Numbered from the stretch's first letter, positions 16,473 through 25,645 are shown. The stretch is DNA of 29,607 bases from Promethearchaeota archaeon (GCA_019058245.1 JAHPZJ010000029.1:1-29607); one strand, 5' to 3'. The notes: a model not told the origin generated them from the sequence alone. Made by a program: numbers and translations.

Positions 16473-17318
16473 TTAAACTCCTCCCAGTTGTTTTTTAATT
16501 TGTTCCTTTAACAATTCTCTTTTGGTTTTTCCCTCAACTGGTTTAGGTTCGGCACCAACACGTTTAAGAAATTCAATTGCTATAATCTTTCCATTTTCAC
16601 TAAGGATTCTAGGAGCATAATCAGCAGCAAAGAACACACCTTCAGGAATAGATCCAACTTTTGAAATTTCTTTTGTAACTTGTTTTTCACCTAAAAATTG
16701 TTGTACTTTTTCAACAATAGAATATGCTTGGTTACCAATAATAATTAGTTCTCTTTCAAAACCAGGTGGCATCTGAATTTCTTCTAGTTTTTGCATAACT
16801 TCTTGGAAATCTACTTGAGTTTGTTCTGGCATTAAGGCTGCCATAGATCCATCACCTCTATATAAAGGACCAATATTTTGAGCAGCTCGATCTTTGCTCC
16901 CTGCTATATTCATACCCTCAGCGGGTTCTGGTGTACCAAAGATATTCTTTTCTCTTAACGGGTGCACTGAGGGGGCTGATACTACTGTTTTCTCTGCTTT
17001 AATTTCTTTTGCTATTCCTCCTTCTGTCTTTCCCCCAATTATCTTTATAAATTCGGGATCCTCTTCACCTTCATCAAGTGGTACAACAGCATAATGCATA
17101 CCAACTTGACCCCTTATTTCTTGTGATCTTTTTGCTCCAATGAATTTTGATCTAACACTACTTTTTACACCTTTCCATAAAAATACCTTCCTTACGTCAT
17201 CTGCAACAAGAACATAGCATTCCTCTGTTTTTAAAACATCCTTAATTGCACCTTCACTTTTTTGCTCTGTAGTTGTCCCATCTGGGTTAATAAGAAAAAC
17301 TTGTGGTATTTTAATCAA
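16473..17318 (-). CDS. Single gelsolin-domain protein with C-terminal extra domain (Asgard 1DGelX-like)
   Basis: Gelsolin-repeat pattern LKTEECYVLV....KVFLWKGVKSSVRSKFIGA...LDEGEEDPEF, then a linker and a compact ~90-aa domain. TTG start with AGGAG upstream. Confidence 0.85.
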   Translation of the reverse strand: MIKIPQVFLINPDGTTTEQKSEGAIKDVLKTEECYVLVADDVRKVFLWKGVKSSVRSKFIGAKRSQEIRGQVGMHYAVVPLDEGEEDPEFIKIIGGKTEGGIAKEIKAEKTVVSAPSVHPLREKNIFGTPEPAEGMNIAGSKDRAAQNIGPLYRGDGSMAALMPEQTQVDFQEVMQKLEEIQMPPGFERELIIIGNQAYSIVEKVQQFLGEKQVTKEISKVGSIPEGVFFAADYAPRILSENGKIIAIEFLKRVGAEPKPVEGKTKRELLKEQIKKQLGGV

Positions 17319-17492
17319 TCTCCTTTCTATTTTTTATGAAATTTAGTAGTTATTACTATTCTAAATCCTCAACTTAAGTTTTTAAAATAACTAGATTAAT
17401 AATATAATAATATTAGAAATTAATAAATCTTTATCTTGGATCCTTTTCAAGTGTTGATAACTCTTAAGAATCAATTATCGATTTGCAAAATG

Positions 17493-19064
17493 TTAAAAAT
17501 TAAGAACACTATTTATCGCTTTATTAATATTATTGACCATATCCATAGCAGTAAAATGATCTCCAATATTACTCTTACAATATTCACCTATACATCCGTT
17601 AAGAAAGACTGCTGAGCAAGCAGATTGAAAAGAACTATTTTTTATTGCACTAAAACAAGCACATAATCCTGCTAATATATCACCGGTACCTCCTACACTC
17701 ATTTCAGGACAACCCGTTCTATTAATTTTTATTTGCTTTCCATTTGAAATATAATCATAGGGGCCTTTTATAAGCAAAGTTAAGTCGAGTTTTTTAGCTA
17801 AATCAAGTATTATTTTACTACGATCGACCATGTTATCATAAGGGGGCAATTCCAATCCTGTCATAATCTTTAATTCACCTTCATGAGGAGTTAATATTAC
17901 TGGTAAGCTTTTAATTAAATTAAGATGATTTTTAATTAATTTTAAAGCGTCAGCATCAAGTATAAATGATTTATTCAGTTCCTTTAAAGTTTTAATCAAT
18001 TCTACTAATAATTCTTCAGTTTCTTGTTCTAATCCTAAGCCTGGACCGATTAATATTGAATCTGCCCATTTTATCAATTCTTTAAGATCGTCTAAAGCTT
18101 TAATATTCAACCAGTTTCCTTTACTAGATCTCACTATTATATTAGGAGAATAATTTCTGAGTGTATTTGCAATTATATCTGGCACATAAGTAATAACTAA
18201 ATCTATCCCAAAGTTAATTCCAGCTAACGAGGCATAAGCAGGGGCTCCAGAGTAATTTTTTGAACCTCCAATTATCAAAATTTTACCAAATTCTCCCTTG
18301 TGAGTCTCTTTTTTTCTTTTTTTTAAGGTAGATAATAAATTGCCTCTCCCAACAAAAATATTAGCTTCAGGAGGAATACCAATAGACCTTTCTATTATTT
18401 CGTTAATATGGTCATTGCTGCATGACAATCCTATTTTTCTTCTATGAAATGTAATTACTAAATCTGCATAAACTGCTTTATCAGATATATTTCCTGTATT
18501 AGGATCAACACCGGAGGGGACATCAATAGAGACTACGGTTCTTATTTCAGTCTCTCCTTTTTTAATACTATTTATTAGATCTATTGCGGAAGCTATAGGT
18601 TCTCTAATTTTTCCTTGTATTCCTGTTCCTAATAATGCATCAACAATTACTTGATATGATTTATCTTTTTTAATTCTATTATCTAAATCAATTAAATCTG
18701 TGGAATCCTTCGTTATTTCTACTTCTATAGAATAATTAAGGTTCTTTAAAATTATATTCCAGTTAAATTGAGCCTCTTCTGTTCGAATATTCCTTGGATT
18801 ACCAACTAAAACAACTAAAACTTTAATACCACGAGAACTTAAGTGTCTAGCAACAACAAATCCATCACCTCCATTATTTCCAGTTCCACAAAAAATTACG
18901 GCTTTTTTGTTAGGTTCTACATAGCCACGATTCATAATTTTTGCTGCAACAGAATAACCTGCACATTCCATTAAATGACTTTTTGGGATTCCAAGCCACT
19001 CAGAGTTATTATCTAAGATTGTCATTTCCTCGGATGCTATCTTTTCAGAATTAAATTCTTTCAT
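17493..19064 (-). CDS. nnr: Bifunctional NAD(P)H-hydrate epimerase/dehydratase (YjeF/Nnr)
   Basis: LMECAG, GTGNNGGDG, DALLGTG and SIDVPSG (YjeF_N); HKGEFG, GGS.NYSGAP, IGPGLG, DADAL, LTPHEGE and GGTGDILAG (dehydratase). Confidence 0.96.
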   Translation of the reverse strand: MKEFNSEKIASEEMTILDNNSEWLGIPKSHLMECAGYSVAAKIMNRGYVEPNKKAVIFCGTGNNGGDGFVVARHLSSRGIKVLVVLVGNPRNIRTEEAQFNWNIILKNLNYSIEVEITKDSTDLIDLDNRIKKDKSYQVIVDALLGTGIQGKIREPIASAIDLINSIKKGETEIRTVVSIDVPSGVDPNTGNISDKAVYADLVITFHRRKIGLSCSNDHINEIIERSIGIPPEANIFVGRGNLLSTLKKRKKETHKGEFGKILIIGGSKNYSGAPAYASLAGINFGIDLVITYVPDIIANTLRNYSPNIIVRSSKGNWLNIKALDDLKELIKWADSILIGPGLGLEQETEELLVELIKTLKELNKSFILDADALKLIKNHLNLIKSLPVILTPHEGELKIMTGLELPPYDNMVDRSKIILDLAKKLDLTLLIKGPYDYISNGKQIKINRTGCPEMSVGGTGDILAGLCACFSAIKNSSFQSACSAVFLNGCIGEYCKSNIGDHFTAMDMVNNINKAINSVLNF

Positions 19065-19197
19065 AACAATTTAATTTAAGGTTAGACTTAATAAATCTTT
19101 TAGTTTAATACTAATTTTTAATTGATTAAAAACTTCATAAATCAAACCAAACCATATTGAAATTAAGTTTTAAAAAATAAAAAAATTCTCTAAGAAA

Positions 19198-20007
19198 ATG
19201 AATGAAAATTTAGAAAAATATCGGATGTATGGTAAAAAATTTGAGGAATTTTTGCGACCATCATCATTTCCAATAGCTATTAAATTTGTAAAGGATGAAT
19301 CAGAAATTCCATCTTATTGTAAGAGACCAAAATCAGATTTAAATATTCAAACTTTTATATGTCAAACCTATAAAATGGTCCGAAGCTATGGGTGGACAAT
19401 GGCAATGACAGAAAAGGATTGTGCTTGTAGGTTAGCAAGAAGTATATATGGTTGGGATCCAATGACAGAAGAAGAAAAGAATTTTGGTAATCAGTTCAGC
19501 CTTGGTCTTTATGCAAAAGATTTAGAGACAGCGAAAAAATGGCAAGAGAAAATGTATCTTTCAAAAGAAAACTACGCAGGATTTATTGTTTCGCCTTTGA
19601 CAAGAACTAAAATTGAACCTGATGTTATTCAAATTTATTGCAATCCTGCTCAGGCTATGAGGTTAATACAAGGATATCTTTACAATAAAGGGGGTATCCT
19701 TGAATTCACTTCTGGAGGTAGGGGGGCGTCTTGTCATGAAGGAGTTATGAAAACTATCCAGACTGATGAACCACAATTAGTTATTCTTGGAAATGGTGAT
19801 CGCGTTTGGGGTGGAGCGGAGGATTCTGAAGTAATGTTTTCAATTCCTAAAAGCAAATTAGAACCTGTTGTTGGTGGATTAGAAACGACTCATAAAGCTG
19901 GTTTGAGATATCCAATCCCAAAATATATGAATTATACTCCAGGTTTCCAAACCGTATTTGAGCAAAAGGCGATAAAAAGAGCAGGTGGAACAATTAGAAA
20001 AGATTAA
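19198..20007 (+). CDS. DUF169-family protein
   Basis: PIAIKF, CQ....R..G, CAC, EPDVIQIYCNPAQAMRL, ASC and GDR....EDSEVMFSIP match the DUF169 pattern as I recall it. Confidence 0.8.
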   Translation: MNENLEKYRMYGKKFEEFLRPSSFPIAIKFVKDESEIPSYCKRPKSDLNIQTFICQTYKMVRSYGWTMAMTEKDCACRLARSIYGWDPMTEEEKNFGNQFSLGLYAKDLETAKKWQEKMYLSKENYAGFIVSPLTRTKIEPDVIQIYCNPAQAMRLIQGYLYNKGGILEFTSGGRGASCHEGVMKTIQTDEPQLVILGNGDRVWGGAEDSEVMFSIPKSKLEPVVGGLETTHKAGLRYPIPKYMNYTPGFQTVFEQKAIKRAGGTIRKD

Positions 20008-20061
20008 TCAGACCCTCTAAACCTATAACAATGAATCAAATAAAGAAAAGACGACTAAAAG

Positions 20062-20199
20062 TGCCGGTGGAGGGATTCGAGCCCTCGAACCTCCAGAATA
20101 CATCCAGTCTGACCCATTTTTTCAGAGGGATTATGAGTCTGGCGCTTATTAAACATGCAAAAGATATGAATGTTTTATAACCAACTAAGCCACACCGGC
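20062..20199 (-). tRNA. tRNA-Met(CAT), elongator type, with two introns (D-arm ~20146-20175; anticodon arm ~20098-20130)
   Basis: Removing both inserts gives GCCGGTG TG GCTT AGTTGGTTA TAGC G CCAGA CTCATAA TCTGG AGGTTC GAGGG CTCGAAT CCCTC CACCGGC A. Acceptor, anticodon and T stems pair fully. Confidence 0.88.
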
Positions 20200-20212
20200 A
20201 TTTTTTTATCAA

Positions 20213-20319
20213 TGGAGCCTCAAGGGGGTTTATCCATTTCAAGCTAAGTGCTTGTAAATCTATGATCCCCCGACCTTTGCCTTACCAAGGCAACGCTCTA
20301 CCGACTGAGCTATTGAGGC
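20213..20319 (-). tRNA. tRNA-Thr(GGT) with a 31-nt T-loop intron (~20230-20260) and encoded CCA
   Basis: GCCTCAA TA GCTC AGTCGGTA GAGC G TTGCC TTGGTAA GGCAA AGGTC GGGGG ATCATA[intron]A CCCCC TTGAGGC T CCA. Confidence 0.92.
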
Positions 20320-20715
20320 ACCTTTTTAAAAACCAATGCTACTAACATTAAATCATTGCTAAATTAAAAATTTTTTTACAAGATATTTACATTTTAACAG
20401 CATAACTGTTGTAAAAGAAGAAATGATTAATCATTCTTAATCTTTAGATATTTTAAGAGAAAAAATTTATATTAAATTTGGTTGATTTCTCAAGATTTCT
20501 TTATTACCCTTTCTATAATTATTATTATAATTTTAGGAGTTTTCCTATTTTTAATACTATGTAGACATAACAAAATGTTTATATATAATGATTGTTGAAT
20601 AACATAGTAACCATTTTAATAGAAATTCAAGTTCTATTATAAAAACAATCCTAAAAAAGAATATAATAATATTTATTAGATAATTTTTGATTTATGCTTA
20701 ATTAGGTAAGAAAAA

Positions 20716-22107
20716 ATGAAAATTCTATTAATTTATCCTCCATTTCAAATTGGAATGGGCATGGGAAAGGTGATGTGTAGTCCTCCACTTTCATTGTTAA
20801 CTCTAGCTGGAGCAGTTAAAGATCTAGATCACGAAATTGAAATTCTTGATTTAAACGTTGATTATTCGTATGGAATTAAAAAAATTCAAAAAAAAATTGA
20901 GCAATATGATATGGTTGGAATTACTTGTATGACAAATACTTTTAAAGTAGTATTAAATATTTGTAAAATTGCGAAAAAGAGTGGAGTTAAAACTCTTTTA
21001 GGAGGGTTTCATCCGACTTTACAACCCGATATTATTGAAAAATTTGAGTGTATAGATATGATTTGTAGGGGGGAAGGTGAAGAAACATTCAGGGAATTAT
21101 TAGATGACAAACCGATAAATAAAATTTTAGGATTATCTTATCGAGACAATGGAAAAGTGGTTCATAATCCAGATCGACCATCAATTAAAAATTTGGATAA
21201 TCTTTCTTATCCAGATAATAGCCTTATTCCTTCTAATTCTTATCATTATTTATGGGTAAAAGCTTGGGTTGTTGAATCAAGTAGAGGATGCCCTTTTAAA
21301 TGTAATTTTTGTTGTGTAACTAAATTTCATCATGGTAAATATAGAGTAAAATCACCCCAAAGAGTAATTAATGAAATTTTAAACGTACCTAATAATGTTA
21401 AATTTATATTTTTTGTTGATGATAATTTCTCGCTAAATCATAAACGTGTTCTTCACATCTGTGAATTAATACGAAAAAATAGACTTCATAAACGATTTAT
21501 GTTTGCTTGTCAGAGTCGAGTTGATGATTTGGCAAATAATCCTGATATGGTTAAGGAGATGGCAAAAGCGGGATTTATCTGTGTCTTTCTTGGTATCGAG
21601 TCTACAAAACAAATGAGTTTGAATCGAATGAATAAACAATATACCCTTGATAAGATACGTAAATGCATTACTCTTTGTCATAAAAATGGAATGATAATTT
21701 TTGGAGCTTTTATAATCGGTAATTTAGGAGAAAATTCTGCTGATGTATGGAGAACTCTTCATATGATGAAAGAACTTGAAATAGACATCATGATGACTAA
21801 TCCACTTACACCATTTCCAGGTACACCCCTCTATGACGAAGCTGTGGCTAATAATTGGATACCAAAGGACTTTCGTTGGGAAAAATGGGATCTAACTGCT
21901 GTAATGAATACACCTGATATGTCTAGATCGGAAATACAGGATTTAGTTGATGAAAGTTATAGATTCTTTTATAAAGACATTGGCTACTTCATATTTGGAA
22001 AACGAATACTAAGAGTAATTTTCAATCCAAAATTTTGGTGGTTTCGGAAAGTAGCATTTAACTATCTAACTAAAGGATTGACAGAATTTTTTTTAAAGTT
22101 GGATTAA
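20716..22107 (+). CDS. Cobalamin-binding radical SAM enzyme
   Basis: MKILLIYPP, PPLSLLTLAG and LLGGFHPT (B12-binding domain); SSRGCPFKCNFC (CxxxCxxC), FVDDNF, LGIES and PFPGTPLY. Confidence 0.93.
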   Translation: MKILLIYPPFQIGMGMGKVMCSPPLSLLTLAGAVKDLDHEIEILDLNVDYSYGIKKIQKKIEQYDMVGITCMTNTFKVVLNICKIAKKSGVKTLLGGFHPTLQPDIIEKFECIDMICRGEGEETFRELLDDKPINKILGLSYRDNGKVVHNPDRPSIKNLDNLSYPDNSLIPSNSYHYLWVKAWVVESSRGCPFKCNFCCVTKFHHGKYRVKSPQRVINEILNVPNNVKFIFFVDDNFSLNHKRVLHICELIRKNRLHKRFMFACQSRVDDLANNPDMVKEMAKAGFICVFLGIESTKQMSLNRMNKQYTLDKIRKCITLCHKNGMIIFGAFIIGNLGENSADVWRTLHMMKELEIDIMMTNPLTPFPGTPLYDEAVANNWIPKDFRWEKWDLTAVMNTPDMSRSEIQDLVDESYRFFYKDIGYFIFGKRILRVIFNPKFWWFRKVAFNYLTKGLTEFFLKLD

Positions 22108-22187
22108 TATAAAATTTAGTTAAGATTTCTTATTAGGTAAAAATAAAAATAAAAGGGATTTAGATTTAATAATAATTCAAATTTCAC

Positions 22188-23476
22188 TTATTTCTTTATT
22201 TTCTTAGTTATAAGGATTGCTACTACTGAAAGAACCCCAAGTAGAATGAATAGATTATAACCAGGAATATCTTCGGGAATGTTTTTTAGAACATTTACGC
22301 TTTTAGAGTCAATCTCATCCCTGCTATCTTGAGCATAGAAGGTTATAACAATTTCTCCTTCAGTTAAATCCTTCCATACAGTCTGATTGATTGCTCCAGT
22401 CAATTCTGTAATATTGAAAGTCCCATTAACTCCTCCTATTGTATACCACATTGCTATAGGTACTCCTTCTATAGAAATATTATATTCAGGTGCAGTATTT
22501 CCGTATGTTTTATTGATAATCGGTGAAATAATTGTAATATTTGGAGCATCCCACCAAATTGGATAGTTATCTTGAGAAATCTCAACCCCCGGAATTATAT
22601 GGGGACTGTCTCCTATACCATCGTCGTTAGTGTCTTTTCCCGAATAATCCCCCCAATAATTTCCTATCGCACCATTATCCCATTGATTATTTGCGCTATC
22701 TTCCCAGCCATTTTCGAACCCATTACCGATTAAATAATTATTTGATATTGTAATATTAGAAGAAGATGCTATCCATATTCCTATTTTACCATTATTACTA
22801 GCATTGTTCCCTGAAACTATATGGTATGTACAATTTTTTAAATAATCCCACTATCTCCATTGTTATTTGCAACGTTTCCTGTGACATTATTATAGTTACA
22901 CTCATTAAGATCCATCCCAAAATCATTACCTTGCATGTTATTATCCGAGATTGTATTATTATTGCAATACCAGATTCTCATTCCACTATCATTGGAGTTA
23001 CTTATTGTATTTCCTGAAATCGTACAATTACTACATGAGTCCATGAATATGCCAACAAAATTGTTGTATATAATGTTGTTAATTAATTGGCCATTATCAA
23101 CATTTCCTCCAAGTAGGATACCTACATTATCCCAGTCATTTCCTGAATTATAAAGAGTGCAATTCTCAATCTTAAAAAACTCGGTAGTGTCTTGAATCCA
23201 TATACAACTTCCTACTCCTGAAGCGTTTATCACCAAATCCTCTATAACATAAGGATTGGAATAAGTTCCTAAGCCTGTACATATACCTACAGATACCGTA
23301 GCAGTCCAATTATTTTCAACATGTATTTTTCCAGATAATTTTGAAAATTTTAGATTCTTCTTATCTAAATTATTATCGTCAATGGATTCTGATTTAATAT
23401 TGACAACTGAAAAAATTAGATTGCTGTTAAATATAAGTAGAAGCACAAAAGCAAATCCTAGAGCTGCACTTAACAT
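22188..23476 (-). pseudogene. Membrane-anchored parallel beta-helix (NosD/pectin-lyase-like) surface protein with Ig-like domain and IPGY-TM C-terminal anchor, split by one frameshift near 22844
   Basis: ORF 22838-23476 ends ...DSGII*. Adding one T (GGG ATT tAT TTA) opens YLKNCTYHIVSGNNASNN...GNYWGDY...DGIGDSP...DNYPIWWDAPNITIISP..., which runs without a stop into ORF 22188-22451 ending IPGYNLFILLGVLSVVAILITKKIKK. This may be a sequencing error rather than true decay. Confidence 0.8.
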
Positions 23477-23684
23477 TATTTTTTAAATCATTTTAGATTT
23501 AACCCCTCCCCCTCTGAATTAAATATTCTTTTAAGTAAATTTATGTTAAAAAAATAATAATTAAATTTCCATTATTAGTTTTGGATTCGGTATTTTGAAC
23601 GCAATATTGGATAACTATTGAATCAAAAATAATAGTTAGATTTGCAATAAAATATAATAAAAAAAAGAGAGAAGATTTTTTTGA

Positions 23685-24362
23685 TTATAGTAAAGCAGTA
23701 AAGAATGCCCCTAAGGTTATATAAAATTGAGCCATAATATAAGTTGTCATAATGATAAGTCGTGCGTTGGTAAATTCACCTGCCCATTTATTTGTTGCGA
23801 TACACGCATCAGAAAAAATGAATGATATTGAACCGACGTAAACAAATATAAATGGGAAGCCTGAAAATTCTGCTAATCTTAAAATTGCCGCAATATGCAT
23901 TATTAATATCGCTACTAGATATACTAATACAGGAATCTTCATATCTTCAGTTTTTTTAATGAATCTTGGAACTGTAAATATAAGAACTAATATTGCAGGA
24001 CCTAGTAAGAATAGTCCCCATATATCGAAATTCATAATATCAGAGATTGACAAGAAAAATGATATTATATAGAAGATCTGATTCATTAAAAAAGCAACCA
24101 TTCCAAATAAAAACCATTTTTCTTCATTTTCCAGCATCAAGAAAATATCACCGGCACATCCACTTATCAATGCTACTACAATTAACCAGTCTATTTGACT
24201 TATTGAAGCGCCCTCGATTGCACCAAAGATATAAAATAATATTAATAATGGCATTAAAAGAGGTTTTGATAAATATTTGATTTTTTTATTCTCTTTATAC
24301 TCTGCAAATAGTTCTATTATTGCTACAATAAAGAATAAGATTAAAAAAATATATTCAATCAT
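23685..24362 (-). CDS. YhhN/TMEM86-family (lysoplasmalogenase-like) membrane protein
   Basis: SKPLLMPLL, AGDIFLM, FLFGMVAFL, F.FSD and IMTTYIMAQ; several hydrophobic helices. Confidence 0.9.
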   Translation of the reverse strand: MIEYIFLILFFIVAIIELFAEYKENKKIKYLSKPLLMPLLILFYIFGAIEGASISQIDWLIVVALISGCAGDIFLMLENEEKWFLFGMVAFLMNQIFYIISFFLSISDIMNFDIWGLFLLGPAILVLIFTVPRFIKKTEDMKIPVLVYLVAILIMHIAAILRLAEFSGFPFIFVYVGSISFIFSDACIATNKWAGEFTNARLIIMTTYIMAQFYITLGAFFTALL

Positions 24363-24483
24363 ACTATATCATTTTAGGGATATTTAATTTAGTAATATTC
24401 TATTAATTTAGATCTGATTAAATAATTTTAGAATAATAAGTAAAAACTAAGTATTTTTAATTTCCGATTTAAAATCCAAAAGA

Positions 24484-24534
24484 TTTATATATAAAAAAAG
24501 ATATTTGTTCTATATCGAACGTTCTATATCGAAC
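24484..24534 (+). promoter_or_regulatory. TATA box plus tandem palindromic operator, putatively bound by MarR
   Basis: TTTATATATA at ~24484-24493 is followed by two exact adjacent copies of GTTCTATATCGAAC (24507-24520, 24521-24534), each 12/14 self-complementary. Confidence 0.7.
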
Positions 24535-24573
24535 ATTCGAAATAAAACAAAAAATAAAAATTAAGGATTAAAT

Positions 24574-24723
24574 ATGGAAACAATGTCATTTCGTAATGGA
24601 ATTAATCAATATATTTACTATAAGGAACCAATTACCAGAAATAGTGTCATACATAAAAAGAAAAATCCTATCGAAATAAAAAATACAAAAATAGATAATA
24701 AAGGGGTAAAAAAATGGAGTTAG
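24574..24723 (+). CDS. Possible 49-aa leader ORF overlapping the PNPOx start
   Basis: ATG at 24574 with AAGGA upstream encodes METMSFRNGINQYIYYKEPITRNSVIHKKKNPIEIKNTKIDNKGVKKWS*, overlapping the next gene by 10 nt. Confidence 0.35.
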   Translation: METMSFRNGINQYIYYKEPITRNSVIHKKKNPIEIKNTKIDNKGVKKWS

Positions 24724-25184
24724 AAGAAGTGAAAAAATTGAGTTTAGAATTAATGGAATATTCTAAAGCAATATATTTAACTTCAATTAACTCTGAAGGA
24801 TACCCGATAACAAGAGCTATGTTTAATTTAAGAAATAAAGCACAATTTCCTGAATTTTCAGATTTCTATAAAGAATTAGATAATCAATTTGACGTATTTA
24901 TTTCAACAAATACGTCATCCTCTAAAATAACTCATATTAAAAAAGATCCTAAGGTTTCAGTTTATTACTGTGATCCAGAAGAATTTAAGGGAGTGATGTT
25001 TGGAGGTGAAATTGATTTTATTAGTGATATGAATATAAAGAAAAAATTATGGTTAGATTGGTGGACCAAATATTATCTTAAAGGTCTAAACGATCCAGAT
25101 TATTCATTGCTCCGTTTAAAACCAAAAATAGCATATTTCTATTATAGATTACAAAAAGTTCAGTTTAAACCCGGTGAAGATTAA
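24714..25184 (+). CDS. Pyridoxamine 5'-phosphate oxidase-like FMN-binding split-barrel protein (general stress protein 26-like)
   Basis: LTSINSEGYPITRAM, ISTNTSSSKITHIKKDPKVSVYY, GVMFGG, KKKLW and DPDYSLLRL. Confidence 0.88.
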   Translation: MELEEVKKLSLELMEYSKAIYLTSINSEGYPITRAMFNLRNKAQFPEFSDFYKELDNQFDVFISTNTSSSKITHIKKDPKVSVYYCDPEEFKGVMFGGEIDFISDMNIKKKLWLDWWTKYYLKGLNDPDYSLLRLKPKIAYFYYRLQKVQFKPGED

Positions 25185-25645
25185 TGGAAAAATTAAGGGA
25201 AGGAGGTTTTTTAATCACAAAGATCCGTCAGCTTTCACAACAGATCTTTAATAACTTATTAAAAGATTATAATCTTAACGAGATTAGTGCTGCTCAAGGT
25301 AGAGTTATGTTTCCACTTTGGCAAAAAGATAATATTTCCTTCCAAGAACTTAAAAGAAAAGCACTGTTGAGTAAAGCAACCCTTTCATATATGTTAGACA
25401 AACTTGAAGAAGCGGGTCATATTAAGCGAATACGTAGTGAAGAAGATAAGCGAACCATCAATATAAAATTAACAAAAAAGAATAAAGTATTACAGGAGAA
25501 ATATTTTCAAGTTTCTAATAAGATGAATGAAATTTTTTATAAAGATTTTTCTGAGAAGGAAATAAATGAATTTGAAGGCTATTTAAGAAGACTTTTGGAT
25601 TCCTTAATACAAGTTAGCAAGGAAAATAAGTTAAAGAATATTTAA
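25184..25645 (+). CDS. MarR-family transcriptional regulator
   Basis: ISAAQGRVMFPLW, LSKATLSYMLDKLEEAGHIKR and EDKR..NIKLT. TAATG overlap with the upstream gene. Confidence 0.95.
   Translation: MEKLREGGFLITKIRQLSQQIFNNLLKDYNLNEISAAQGRVMFPLWQKDNISFQELKRKALLSKATLSYMLDKLEEAGHIKRIRSEEDKRTINIKLTKKNKVLQEKYFQVSNKMNEIFYKDFSEKEINEFEGYLRRLLDSLIQVSKENKLKNI

Noticed and set aside
13433-17318. VWA plus gelsolin genes as a split Sec23/Sec24
   Set aside because: No Sec23/24 zinc finger or helical domain is visible, the VWA is preceded by Cdc48-N-like repeats, and the genes are separated by Roadblock and long gaps.
20036-20242. 68-aa ORF on the minus strand
   Set aside because: It overlaps tRNA-Met entirely and part of tRNA-Thr; a spurious translation of RNA genes.
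20062-20716. tRNA pair as an integration site for a mobile element
   Set aside because: No integrase or transposase and no duplicated tRNA end were noticed in the window.
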